Positions 13,401 to 26,145 of a stretch of 61,682 bases of DNA are shown here, piece by piece; position 1 is the stretch's first letter, and every line of letters starts with the position of its first letter. The notes beneath the pieces were generated by a model. The model was given only the letters and a program-made list of their open reading frames with translations. It had not been told where the DNA came from and did not search any database. The translations under genes and the position numbers were made by a program. Origin of the DNA: Octopus bimaculoides (taxonomy: Eukaryota); contig NC_068984.1 in the NCBI RefSeq assembly GCF_001194135.2, positions 41,044,445 to 41,106,126 of the forward strand, given 5' to 3'.

Positions 13401-14164
13401 TACTGAAGTATGGGAAATCCAATTATCACACTGTTACTCCACAAAATGAAGGGTGGGTTTGAATAGAACAGAGAATATGAGATTGATACAGGATAGCTGT
13501 TGGCTATGATACTGTGTCTTGTCTGAGAATGTCTCCGAAATGTCACAACCTAGAATTCAGTAGTCATCAGAGTAACTTGAATTAATAGTTAGCATTTCTA
13601 TAACCTTTTTTTGCCAACTCATTAGATAAATCACTATAATTATAATAAATGCCTACTTTTAAGAAATAATACAGTGGTTAGTGACAAGATCTAAGCTGTT
13701 AACATTTTTCCTGATTGGTCACGACATCGCTAGAATTTATTGACTTAATTTCAAACAAAATGATTATTCTAAGAGCTAATGGTAATTAACAATTCTTCCA
13801 TAATAATATAAATTACATAGTTTTTCAGATTCAAAAGTTTGCCGGGTTTGTGAGAGCACCAAATATTTTTACAGCCAGCTGCTTTATCTTAAAATCAACA
13901 AGTAAATAGAGAAGAACTCCACCATACAGCCCAAGGCCATCTTCAGTGGAGTTCACTCAAGTGTAAGTAGAATCTCTAGGTTTTCTAGTTCATTCCTCTT
14001 TGTCCCCAACACCAACTTCAGAGGCTCTAAAATAAAGTCATAGGAGCAGTCTTTTTTTCTCTGAATATGTCATGACTCCTGCCCCCCAAAACTAGGCACA
14101 CTGAATCCAAATATTCCACTGCATTTATCCTTGGTATGTCACATCTTTCAAGTGAAAACAACAG

Positions 14165-14930
14165 GAATGGCATCCAGCTGTAGAAACTATGCCAGATCAG
14201 CTTGGAGCCTGGTGCAGCCTTCTGGCTCGCCAGCCCTCAGTCAAACTGACCAACCCATGCCAGCATGAAAAGCGGATGTTAAACAAAGATGATGATGATG
14301 AGCAGGAGGAATGCAGATACAACAAATGATAAGAATGTACAGAAAATAGACTTCCTCAAATGTCTGGGGGCATCCTTACAAGTAATAGATAGCTTCTGTT
14401 ACCTAGGCGACGAAGTTAGCAGGGGAGGAGGAAGCTCTGAAAGTGTAGATGCTAGAATAGGAATGGGCTGGGCAAAGTTCAGAGAGCTACTACTTCTCTT
14501 TCAGGGTGTGAGGCAGATTGTATGATGCCTGTGTACAAACAGCTATGCTACATGGCAATAAAACATGGGTTGTGACTACTGAGGACATGCAAAGGCTTGA
14601 AAGAAATGAAGCCAGCAAGTAGCACTGGATGGATAATATCAGTGTGCATGTACAAGAGAGTGTGACTAATTTGAGAGAAAAATTGGGTGTAAGAGAAGAC
14701 TGTGCTGATATTGTCATGTGATGCATACAGATGAGGATAGATGCTAAAAGAAGTACTGATCTCTAATTGTGGAGAGAACCTGTGGAAGGAGCAGACCCAG
14801 GAAAACATAGGACAAAGCAGCGAGAAATGATCTTCAGATATTGAGATCCACACTGACAAGATGACTAGGTTCCAAGACTTCTGGCTATTTGTTGTGCTTG
14901 ACTTGAGAAGACATGCCAAGCTAAGTAAAA
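14165..14930 (+). mobile_element. RTE tail (14165-14300) followed by an RTE RT C-terminal fragment
   Basis: DSFCYLGDEVSRGGGSSESVDARIGMGWAKFRELL and LYDACVQTAMLHG motifs. Confidence 0.85.
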
Positions 14931-15621
14931 TCACGGCCATCCATACATACAGGCATATCCTTTACGGCCATGCACCTTCTCACTCATTCACACACATCTG
15001 TCCTCTGTCAAAACTACTCCACCCATCCACTGCAGGACCTTCCACTCTTCCTCACATGCCTATCCGCACATTCTCCATGCCTACACATGTCTCCCATCCT
15101 ATTCAATCTACATCTGCTTACACTATCTTTCTCTTTTCTTCACTGTGCCACTCGTGTTAGACAGGTGATAGTGGATCTGCTTTTGTGCAACACCCCCCCC
15201 CACACACACACACACCATCTGTATCTTTCACAGATCACCCATTATTGACATTCATCACTCACTCTCTTTCTTACCATTGACCATCCCACCATTATTATTC
15301 TATACTACTAGCCATTGATCTTTCACACCTAGGTCACTCATTATTCACATCCATCATGTACTCTCCTTCTTGTAAGTAACCATTACTCTTCTGTACTACC
15401 AGCAATCACTTCCTCTCCCACCAGGTTTCTCAGTATTGGCATTCATTACTTTCTCTTGCCAGTGACCATCTATATGACTAATCACCATTCACTCTCTTTC
15501 TTACCAGCAAGCGTATCACTGCTATCACTGCTTCTTTGGCATTACTGTCTCTTACATTACTCCTCCCAACACTTGTGAAATAAATTTTGTCTAATGACTG
15601 GCTATTTCCCAAGAAGTAGTT

Positions 15622-15835
15622 AACAGCGTCTGTTATGTATGTGACCTAATGAGCAGTGAAGGAGAGTGTACTGAAAGCATAGCAACCAGAGTAAGAATGG
15701 GTTGAGAAACTTCAGAAAGCCCTGCCAGTAACAAAGGGCTTCTCTCTCAGATGTGATACTTGCGTACAAAGTCCAATGCTGCATATTAGTGAAATATAGG
15801 CTCTGAATACAGGAGCTACTGGATCCTATAAAGGA
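15622..15835 (+). mobile_element. Decayed RTE RT C-terminal fragment
   Basis: SVCYVCDLMSSEGECTESIATRVRMG resembles the RTE FCYLGD...ARIRIG motif. Confidence 0.6.
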
Positions 15836-16497
15836 GCTGTTGAGGTAGCGAACTACGAAACGTGGTTGGAGTTCCTTTGTCGTTGCTGTCTCTCTTACAT
15901 TACTCCTTCCAACAGCGTTTTCCATGAATCCCTTCTCATCATACTGTCACTCAACTGTTTCTCACTACGTACATCTTCTGTCATTACTCTGTTCTATACA
16001 TCCTATGGGCCACATTGCTATAACCAATGTGCAAATTACAAGGTGACCTAATTTGCCCTGTATTAGTTTCTATTTAGAATTAGTCCTACTACAACACATG
16101 TGGTCTATCAATGCTGCAGCATACAAATCCATCCACATCATCTGCAATTTTGATACAGTTTTACGATTGGGTGCCCTTATTCAGAGTTACTGTGAGCTTT
16201 GGGGCCCATATTGGTAGTGTCTTTGGATCAGTATAGGAGTTTGCAGTAGCAAGGGAGAAGGTTGCTTGGCTATGAGAGGAAAAGATGATAAAGCGCTACT
16301 TTCATATAGCATATTATGTACAATGTACATCAATGTGTCTCCATATATGAATGAGAATATATATTTATATATATATATATATATATATGTGGATCAGAAC
16401 GGCTTGACTCAAACAGAATTTGAATCAAACTGTTTTGATCCATACATGTAACTCCTGATAAATGTGTTGAGTGTCTTTTCTTTCGTTTGTTCACTCA

Positions 16498-16500
<3 letters not shown>

Positions 16501-16577
<77 letters not shown>

Positions 16578-16595
16578 CACACACANNNNNNNNNN

Positions 16596-16629
<34 letters not shown>

Positions 16630-16649
16630 CACACACATACATACACACA

Positions 16650-16688
<39 letters not shown>
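16501..16688. repeat. Compound (TG)n(TA)n(CA)n microsatellite spanning a 10-N gap
   Basis: Directly visible. Confidence 0.95.
16586..16595. other. Assembly gap (10 N)
   Basis: N run inside a microsatellite. Confidence 1.
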
Positions 16689-16689
<1 letters not shown>

Positions 16690-16690
<1 letters not shown>

Positions 16691-16870
16691 CATCACCACT
16701 GTTTAACATCCATTTTCCATGCATGCATGGGTTGGATGGTTCACAGGAGCTGGCCAGGTAGAAAAACAACCCTATGCTACTGTGTCTGTATTGGTAGGGT
16801 TTTTACAGTCGGGTGCCCTTCCTAACACCAACCACTCTGCAGAGTGGACTTAGTGCTTTTTACACACATA
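16690..16870 (-). mobile_element. RTE family A tail
   Basis: Reverse complement of the aggaagggca...ccatgc...atggaaaatggatgttaaa tail. Confidence 0.7.
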
Positions 16871-17319
16871 CAAATTAATATAAAAAGCTGGGCGCAATAT
16901 AAAACCATAAAATAAAGTGACGGTTAAAGTTTTCCTTTATATATTTATACATATATACTTGTAGAAAGAAATAAAGATTTGTGTGTGTGCATGCACACAT
17001 ATGTTTATGTATGCATATATAGGTATTCACAAATGTATTCATGCACATACAGACTTATACCTACACATATCCCAGAAGACTCTAGGGGAACAAAGAAAAC
17101 AAGTCAGTTCATGGCTACAAAAAAACTTATACGTCAGTCAGTCGACAGTTTCATTGTAAATGTAATTAAAACTGGTCTCTATGTTTATTATATTTATAGC
17201 CAGGTGACTTTCAGATCTGAAACACCAGCACCCCGCATCAAACAAGAAAAGCAAACAACTGAAACTCACTGTTCTGGTTTTTTCCTTTGAGTTGTTATAA
17301 AAACTACGAAACACGACGC

Positions 17320-17358
<39 letters not shown>

Positions 17359-17427
17359 GTGCGTTTAAGCACACGCATGTGTGTGAGTGTGTATATCAAC
17401 TGCAGTATTTGACTTGTATTTTGCTTT

Positions 17428-17771
17428 ATGAGGCCTGAGAGGATAAGAGGCAAAGTTGACTATGGCAGGTTTTGAACTCAGAACATAAAGAACCAGAGCA
17501 AATACTGCATGGCATTATGTGGAATACTATAACAATTCAATAAGTATAATAACAATAATCCTTTGTACAATAAGCACAAGGCCTGAAATTCTGGGGGAGA
17601 GGACTGGTCGATTACATCAACCCCAGTGTTTCACTGCTACTTAATTTATCGACCCTGAAAGTATGAAAGGCAAAGTCAACCTCGGCAGAATTTGAACTCA
17701 GAACGTAAAGCTGCACGAAATACCACTAAGCATTTTGCCCAGCGTGCAAATGATTCTGCCAGTTCACTGCC

Positions 17772-17829
<58 letters not shown>

Positions 17830-18870
17830 CAACAAATAATAATAATAATGGTTTCAAATTTTGCCACAAGGATAGCAATTTTTGGGGCGGGGATAAATCA
17901 ATGACATTGACCCCAGTGTTTCTCAGGTACTTAATTTATTCACCCTGAAAGGATGAAAGATAAAGTCAACCTTGGTGGAATTTGAACTCAGAATGTAGCT
18001 GTGGGCAAAATACTGCTGAGCATTTCGCCCGGTGTGCCAATGATTCTGCCAGCTCACCACCTTAATAATAATAATAATACATAACAATTGCTACTACTAT
18101 GCCACAAGGTCAGGAATATTGGGGGAGGGAGATCAGCCAATCAAATTGATTCTATTTGACCCTGGAGAGATGAAAGATAAAATTAACCTCAACAGAATTT
18201 GAACTCAGAATGCAGTGACAAAAAACAAATGCCTCAATTATAATAATATGAATAGCAATAATGTTTAATATGATTACTAATGAGCACAAGGCCATCAATT
18301 CTATTGCAGGCAGTTCAGTCAATAGTCTATCTTTGTATTTGATTGGAATCTATTTTATTGATCTTCAGAGGAATGAAAGAAAAAGATGATTTCTAACACG
18401 AGTAAGAGACCACACTTTTTTTTCTTTTTAAGGGAAGGGATATAATCATTTTAAGTTGAGCCCCCAGTACTTTATTGGGGCTTATCTTATCAATCTTCAA
18501 AGAGATGAACAATACAGTTAACCCAGCATGATTTGAACTCAGAATATAAAGGGACAGAATTAAATACCAAATATTTTACCCAATGTTCAACCATTTCTGC
18601 TATCCATCAGAAACAAATGCTGCTGATATTCAATAGTTTTGTGAAATTATAAAACCATAAGGATCCAACGAAATCATTCTACATGTGCCCTCTCATAGAA
18701 CTCCACATCAAAGGTATGTTCTACAACATATATTGCCATAGTCCTGTGTTTGCAGGTCCTTCCATCTGGCACCGATGAATTTTGAAGGATGAAAGTAAAG
18801 TTAGACACAGCAGAATTTGATCTCACAGTATCAAAAACCAGAACAAATACTGCAAGGCATTTTTGCCCAA
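17428..18870 (-). mobile_element. Cluster of about 7 co-oriented S2 SINE copies separated by (AAT)n tracts
   Basis: Repeated gaaaggcaaagtcaacc..gaatttga(a)ctcagaa (B-box GAGTTCAAATTC on minus) at about 17470, 17690, 17980, 18200, 18535 and 18815, plus a partial copy near 18370. Confidence 0.88.
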
Positions 18871-19614
18871 ACTGGATTTATGTAATTGTTGGAATAATTT
18901 GTTTCATGCTAAATGCCTTTCTAACATATCACTAACTACTTAGCTGTGAACCAGAATAGCAATTTATTACTAGCCTGACTGGGGTCTGGCTTTTAGAGTT
19001 ATGTACCTTACCAAGGAGCAAAACAATACCAGCACTAAATTAATCATCCAGTTCAGCTTAATGAGCTTAGCATTCTTTGTACTTAAGATGGGCACAAAGT
19101 GTGTGCTACTTAAAGAAATTACTTGTGATATACTGACTATTATAAAGGGAATTAAACAGCATCTAAATGAGCTCCACTGCTGCTTCTTCAGTTACAAAAA
19201 TGTAAATCTGGGAGATATCAGATATTTCTTTTGTAAATGGATGCTCAAGCAGTAGGGACATGTGAAATGAAAAGATAAGATATAAATGGAACAGAAGACA
19301 GTTGAGGTACATTGTCATTGTAAGATAAATTGCCAAATTAAGCTTGTAACAATATGTACTGAATAAAATAAAAGTACTCTGGTTAAAAAGAAATTTAGGA
19401 GATTTGCACTAGAAATATCTTGCAGCAATTTGAAACCTCAATCCTTATATTCATGACTCCTGCACAATTCTTGCACATGCCACAGTTATGCCAAGTAATA
19501 ATAATACAGCTCTACAAGCCATGAAAGTCAATTAGCTGGCATATGATAATGTTACATTTTGTTTACCAACTAGCTGTAACTGTATTTAAGTCTGCATTCT
19601 AATATAAAAAAACA

Positions 19615-19720
19615 TCAGCTTGGAGTCTGGTGCAGTCACTGGCTCTCCAGACCTCAGTCAAACCGTCCAACCCATGCCAGCATGGAAAACAGATGTTAAA
19701 CGATGATGATGAAGATGATT
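19615..19720 (+). mobile_element. RTE family A tail fragment
   Basis: cctcagtcaaaccgtccaacccatgccagcatggaaaacagatgttaaacgatgat. Confidence 0.8.
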
Positions 19721-19879
19721 ATAAAGATAAATATTTTTTTTGATTTAAAAAAAAAAACAACGTATCTTGAAACTCATCCACATATTTATTTCATGCCCGT
19801 TTCCCATCCCGGAATGCATTGGGTGGGTTGTCACAGACCAAGTCAGTTCTTTTTTTGAAGTTATTACTCTCCTTCATGC

Positions 19880-20472
19880 ATCAAGGAACCATATCTTGCT
19901 CATTTGTTTCATTAAGCATGGTTCCTCTGGTTAGATGCCATTCCTAACACTAACCTCTTTACAGAATATGCTGGGTGCATTTTATGATAGTGCCAACACT
20001 AGAGAGGCTGTTGTACCTTCAACAAAACAAAGTAAAAGAGTTCTCTCAACCCCTACATTGTCTCTGCTCATTCACCAATCATTTTGCAGAGCACAGTGGG
20101 TTGAGTTTTATCATAGCACCAGCACTAGTGAAGTTGCTTTGTACCCTACAAGACAAAAGAGGTCCTCTTCACACTATCAAGGAACTATATCTTGTTCATT
20201 TGTTTCATTTGACATCATTCCTATGGTTAACTGTCATTTCTAACACTAACCTCTTTACAGAGTGTGCTGGAAGCATTTTATGATGATGCCAACACTGAAG
20301 AGGTTGTTGTGCCTTGAACAGAACAGAGCTAAATAAAATTCTTTCAACCCCCACATTATCTCTGCCCATTCACCAATCATTTTAAAGAGCACAGTGGGTG
20401 AGTTTTATCATAGGGCCAGCACTAGTGAAGTTGCTTTGTACCCTACAAGACACACAAGGTCCTCATCACAGT
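19880..20472. repeat. Direct tandem duplication, 296-bp unit x2
   Basis: atcaaggaac(c/t)atatcttg starts at 19880 and 20176; both units end ggtcctc(t/a)tcaca. Confidence 0.9.
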
Positions 20473-21409
20473 TGTCTCATTGAATCAAGGCAATAGGAAC
20501 AATAAAGTGTGCTGGAGAGAGGGTGAATGAATCTTAAAGACATAATCAACCCACTCACATTTTGAAATATATGCTGATATTATATTATTAAAACAATGAT
20601 AGTTTCAATAGATCATATATACATATATTTGATTAATAAAGAAATTTATAGCCGATTAACATTCTGAGAAAATTCCTATAAAAATATATTCTAATGATCC
20701 AACTTGCTTAGACGACTATCTGGAAAAAAAAAAAAAAGAAAGAAAGAAAGAACGAAGGAGTAACATAACATTCCATCTTAATGAATTCTATTAGTCAAAC
20801 AAAATTTCTAACATTTTTATCCTATTACTTCAAATTATAATCATCATAAATTTTCTTTTCTATGTCAGCATGAATTAGAAAGGTCTCACAGCCTTTTACC
20901 ATTTGTTGCCATCCATCATCATTTAGCACATACAGGAGAGAAGAACTGTATGAAGACATAGCCAAGTGGTTAAGAAGTTTACTTCACAATCACAAGGTTC
21001 AATTTCACTGTGTTATCTTTTACCATAGCACTAAATTAACTTAAGCCTTGTGAATGACATATCAAAACTTAGGTGCATCATGAGCCCAACGACTCATAAG
21101 AGCATAGCGTACGTGACTGAGATCACAACACCTCCACCTGAATGGGACACCAGTTTGTTGCAGGGTCAACACCTGAACCTGTTGTTGGAACTTATTTCAG
21201 TTGAGAGGATTAAAGCGAAGTGAAGTGAAGTGTTTTGCTCAAAAACACAATGCACCCTGCAGTCTGAGAACTGAAACTATGATCTTATGTTTGTGAGTAC
21301 AACACCTTAACTGCTTGGTCACATGCCTTCACACAAAATTAGGGAGACAAAAACTGTGCAGAGAAGCACATCGAATAAACTATACTAAACTGGAATACTT
21401 CTGTTCAAG

Positions 21410-21785
21410 GTTCCATGTCTGCTTTGACATGGTTTCTATGGTTGGATGCCCTTCCTAACACCAACCACTTTACAGAGTGTACTGGGTGCTTTTACACAGC
21501 ATGGGTGCTTTTTACATGGTACCAGCACCTACCAGCCTGCAAGATTAGGGATGCTCAGCTGGAGAGGGTCACAGGGGAAGAGCCAGTATACAATGGGCAA
21601 CCATGCTTTTAATTAGCTTGACGTGTCTTTTCAAGCACAGCAAACAATCAGGAGTCTCAGTCTCCTGTCATCCCTTCTGTGAGTCTCGACACCTGTAGAT
21701 CCTTTCTCACCACTTTGTCCCACATCTTCCTGGGTCTACCCCTTCCACATGTTCCTTCTACAATTAGAGATTGGCACCTCTTGAT
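21410..21785 (-). mobile_element. RTE 3' end including ORF terminus
   Basis: Minus strand reads CQSLIVEGTCGRGRPRKMWDKVV, followed by the tail. Confidence 0.8.
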
Positions 21786-22512
21786 TCATAATTGAATATT
21801 TATATATTATATTTTAACTTTTATCTTTTTACATGTTTCAGCCCTTAAGATGTGGCCGTGCTGGAGCACCAGCTAAAAGAAATATAAAGTTTGGATACCA
21901 TAAACTAACATAGAGATCTGTAACAAAGTCAAAGAATAACTTTTATAAAATTATGAGCATTATCGAAAACATTACAATGCTTTTCATATCCAATAATATA
22001 TTTTAAAATAACATCATATAACCTGCCATATCCCAGTAATAAGGTTTTCATCTATTTCCTGTCTTTATATTCTCAAATTACTTAACAACAGAGTCAAACA
22101 GAATTAGGGTAGTGATGGAATCATGCCCACATGTAAACTTCAAGGGAGAAATAGGAAGCTGGTAACATTTTTATCAAACACTAAATATATAAGTGAAAAA
22201 GGAATTAATAGATGATTCAATTCACTGAGCATTTGATGTTACATAGTACAACAGTTGTCTACTTATTCAAGACTGAAAGCATATATATATCCAGCAATTC
22301 AATTGAAAAATATCAATAATTCTGAATAAAACAAAAACTAGTAACCTAATTTCTAACAATTATCTAAACACTTTGTGACGGCTCTGTATTTTCATTATGT
22401 ATTTTGCACACAAATTTCACCTAAAGAGATGCTATAAAATTTGAAGTTACTCATTAATGTAGCTAGTGATATAGTATAGAATTGTAAGTACTTAGTAGAA
22501 CAAATTCATAAT

Positions 22513-22941
22513 ATCATTTAATGTGTGCTTTCCATGCTAGCATGGGTTAGACTGGAACTGATAAGCCAGAGAGCTGCACCAGGTTCCAGTCTGATTTGGC
22601 GTGGCTTCTATGGTTGGATGCCCTTCCTAATGACAACCACTCTGAGTATAATGAGTGCCTGTTCAATCCAGGTTCAGTATTTTACTCATACTGCATAAAG
22701 ATGATCCCCACCTCTTCCTGAGGTTCATAGTTCTGCGAGCTGCACAGTGATCTCAGTAGCGCTGGTAGCAGGGAAAAAGCATATGGTACATGTTGTAAAG
22801 TGGTTGGTTTTGAGAAGACATCAACCACACAAACCAGACCAAAGAAGCAGTGGAGCACAATGTAGTCCTTAGACCTATTGGTTCCTGTCAAACCATCCAA
22901 CCCATGCCAGCATAGAACAAGGATATTAAACAATGATGATG
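22513..22941. mobile_element. Two RTE tails in inverted orientation (22513-22658 -, 22790-22941 +)
   Basis: Both carry the ccatgc(t/c)agcat...taaa/gatgat tail motifs. Confidence 0.7.
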
Positions 22942-23029
22942 TGTGTGTGTATTTATATAGGGAGACAATTGTGTTAGTGTCTCCTTATCTTGACTTATAT
23001 AATGTAAACAAGTGTCAGCATCATAAGAG

Positions 23030-23222
23030 TAGTATCATTCATTTCCAATCTTCTGTGAAGACATGTCCAGCCAAGGGCAAATATTACCCTGCTTGGAAAC
23101 AAGTGAGGGTTGGTGACAAGAAAGGCATCCAGTCATGGAAAATCTGTCTCAAAAGATTCTATCTGACTCATGCAAGCATGGAAAAACAGATGCTAAACTG
23201 ATGATGATGATGATATAAAGAT
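23030..23222 (+). mobile_element. RTE-tail-related family B repeat (other copies about 1545-1710 -, 7170-7315 +, 54550-54692 +, 58322-58445 -)
   Basis: Shared core aaatattacc..gcttggaaac..gtgagggttgg..acaggaaggcatcc..gaaaatctg..catgcaagcatggaaaa and GAT tail. Confidence 0.7.
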
Positions 23223-24714
23223 TATGAAACATCATTACCTGAGTGAAAAGAAATAAGCTAAAATGTACAGTTGAATGAACACTATAAGCTTGTGAGAAAT
23301 GCTGACTAATGTGAGAAAATGGTTAGGGTTTTAGAGAGATTACCTACTGTATACAAGTAAAATAATTTACACAGGTATTGACATATAAAAACAGCTGATG
23401 CATGCTGAGAGTGAAACTGTTGCAAGATGATACAAGTAACTGCAAAAAAAAACTTGTAGCCATCATCCACATATGCTTGCATTGGTCCTCTCCAGCACAA
23501 TGTCTGCATACTTATTGTGGTTTTTATCATCTCCCATTTGAAGTTGAACTCCCTTAGCTCAACTTTCAATTCTCATGTCTTCCTTTCCTGAGGTTCCTTT
23601 CATATTGCTATTTATCCAATTGTCATTTTCTACATGCATCACTTATGTCCAAACCTGCTCAGTTCCTCAGATAGCATTCTGCATCAGATTTCTCTCATAC
23701 CAAGTAATAAGGTAATAAAATCAAATTTAAGATAACGCAAACATCAAACATACTATTGAAAACATCCAGTCAAAGCATGACAGCATGGAAGAAAGCAAAT
23801 ACTAAATGCTAAAATAATTTACAGTAATGTACTGACAAATTCTTTTCCATATGTGCCTTACAAAGAGAAGAGGGGGCAATGAATGGCAGAAACCACAGAG
23901 CAACAGATAAAACAACATCCAGTATTTAGTTACATCTCTTTATAGTTTGCATTCAAATCCCACTAGAGTTCACTTTCCCCATTCAGTGTTCCAGGGATGA
24001 TGAAATAAGTACCAACCACCCACTGACTCACAGATGTAACATCTTTTAAGAAACTCACACACGTAATATGAGACATTTTATAAGGACTAAAAATTTGAGG
24101 TATCCCACCTCTTTGCTGAATAATAATTCCCTTTAAATTTTAGCCTATAATATACTAACCAAATTATTACTATATTTTATTGAGTTTGCTTTGTAACCAT
24201 GTGGTTCAAGTTCTATCTCAACTGTATATCTTCTACTATAGCCTCTGGCTAGCTGATACCATGTAAATGGGATTGGTAGATGAAAACTGTAGGGAAGCCT
24301 ATATGTATGTGTGTTTCTGTGCAAGTGCGTGCATGTGAATGGTGACATTTTACAGCTTCACATGTCACTGCCTAAGCTAAATGGTGATGTGATGTTTACA
24401 TTCCCTGTTGACATGACAGTTCATCACTCTTGACTTTCAAAGATCAGAGGAATCAATACCTTACATGAAAAGCAGACAAAAATTGGTCACAGGAAAGTCA
24501 TTTGGTTGTAAAATGCTGCTTCAAATAAGTCTGTATCCAGTCCATGTTAGAATGGGGAAATAGATGAAAAACAAACAAATATTACTGGTCATAAGGCACA
24601 TGTGTATGAAAGGTAAGGTCTCTAATTCAACATTTTCAGGCTGAAACATATTACTTGACCTGCTAAAAAACAACAGCAAAAACAGTCAGCTGCATATCTA
24701 TCCAAAACCTAATT

Positions 24715-25845
24715 CCAATAATATAATATCATGAGGTTTGATAACTTAGCATATCAGAATCTCAACATGTAAATGAAAATGTATATGCTGTTGTCTTTTC
24801 TTGAATGTGCAATTCTGTTGAACCAAGTCATGTCTTAAAGTTTACAAAGAAAAAAAAAACCTTACTTTTCAACTTAGGATACTTAGAAAAATCTGTTATA
24901 CTACCAAGTTTTCCACAAACTAAAACCTAAATTTTACAATCCAAGGATCAACACCAAACAAAGGCTACTTGGGGTATATAGAATGCATCTTATAGGATTT
25001 CTGTGAAACCTAAAACATTGGTACTTCAAAACAAATACCTTTCAGTGGGAGTTGATGAATACTCACAACACCTTTCGTGCACTTCATTGTGCAGATATCA
25101 CTACTCAAGCCATTGTTTATTGCCTTCAGTTAAGTTCTTTAGCTGGAACAGTTCTATATACAGTGATAGAGGTACTCAATTCATAACTAAAGTAAGTTAC
25201 AAATTTTCTAAAACAATAAACTGAGCAGATTGGAACCACCCTTTGGAAAACAACGAGAAATAAACAATGTGAGAGAATTGATATAGAGACAATATTGAAG
25301 TCAGTACTGTTAGCCCTAAAATCACAGAATTTTCCAGAATTTCATTGGGAAAATGTTCTTCACTAAGTGCTTCAATCAGTTCAGTCATTGCTGCCCACAA
25401 GACTACTCATAAGTTTTTCTCTCTATACATGCTGTTCGCCAGTCAGTAGCTACCTACCTTCTTGATTAATTTCTTCTAATCCCACCTTTATTAAGGACAT
25501 GTGAACAGTGACTCCTTAGTAGAGAAAGCTGAAATACTGGAATGTGATGGCAGATTTACTTTTGTTCAGAAAATTATAGCGTAATAGACACAGACTCCTT
25601 CATGATTAATCACAATATCTAACAATTCCACGAGCAAAGCTGGTGGAGTTGGACATACCACATCTTAACCTCAGTAACACTCCCAGTTCTCATTCTTCAG
25701 TTCATGACAAAATTGTTTATCAAGAGGGAGAAAATGAAATTACTTCCCTAAACCATACCATGCCTATCACATATTAATGGACATTGTCATTCAAAGAGAT
25801 TGATCAAGTTGCAAGAGAAAATTTTGTTTTGATAAGGAGGGGGAA
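24715..25845 (+). mobile_element. Ty3/Gypsy integrase region remnant
   Basis: KLKPKFYNP, NKYLSVGVDEYS (D), IYSDRGTQF (D), QCERI (E), DSLVEKAEILE, and a purine tract at about 25830-25845. Confidence 0.8.
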
Positions 25846-25859
25846 ATCTGCATTCTTTT

Positions 25860-26145
25860 AACAATTCTTTTCTCAAGAGGAAGATACAGTTCAATCTAGG
25901 AAAGAGTGCAAAAGGAAAAGCAATAAGATGCCCTCCTTGTCTGTGATAGTGTTGCAAATAGTATTGTCTGATACATCAGACTCAACTATAAATTAGATAC
26001 AGTTGTAAATAGTATGGAGGAAAGTATTTTCTATGTCAACTTTGATATTTTTCAAGTTGTAACAGTTTTTTGAGGAATGGGGAAAGTGGTACATTTCAGT
26101 AAACGTCTTAATTTGAAAAATTTGTTGCCCATTTACTGTAATACG
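25860..26145 (-). mobile_element. Ty3/Gypsy RT-connection/RNase H remnant, opposite strand to the integrase part
   Basis: Minus strand reads YYSKWATNFS, TTFPI, KVDIEN, FIVESDVSD (~ETDAS) and QGGHLIAF (~QAGRPVAFFS). Confidence 0.75.

Noticed and set aside
16409-16825. Multiple HT/CV/YI-repeat ORFs and an apparent duplicated microsatellite block
   Set aside because: Dinucleotide repeat translations. The (TG)(TA)(CA) block repeated on both sides of a 10-N gap may be an unmerged contig overlap.
23348-23446. Minus-strand phase-1/phase-1 open exon candidate with strong acceptor (TCIILQQFHSQHASAVFICQYLCKLFYLYTV)
   Set aside because: Composition is typical of non-coding AT-rich DNA, there is no homology, the acceptor derives from a poly-A/T run next to an RTE remnant, and katanin p80 has no insertion here.
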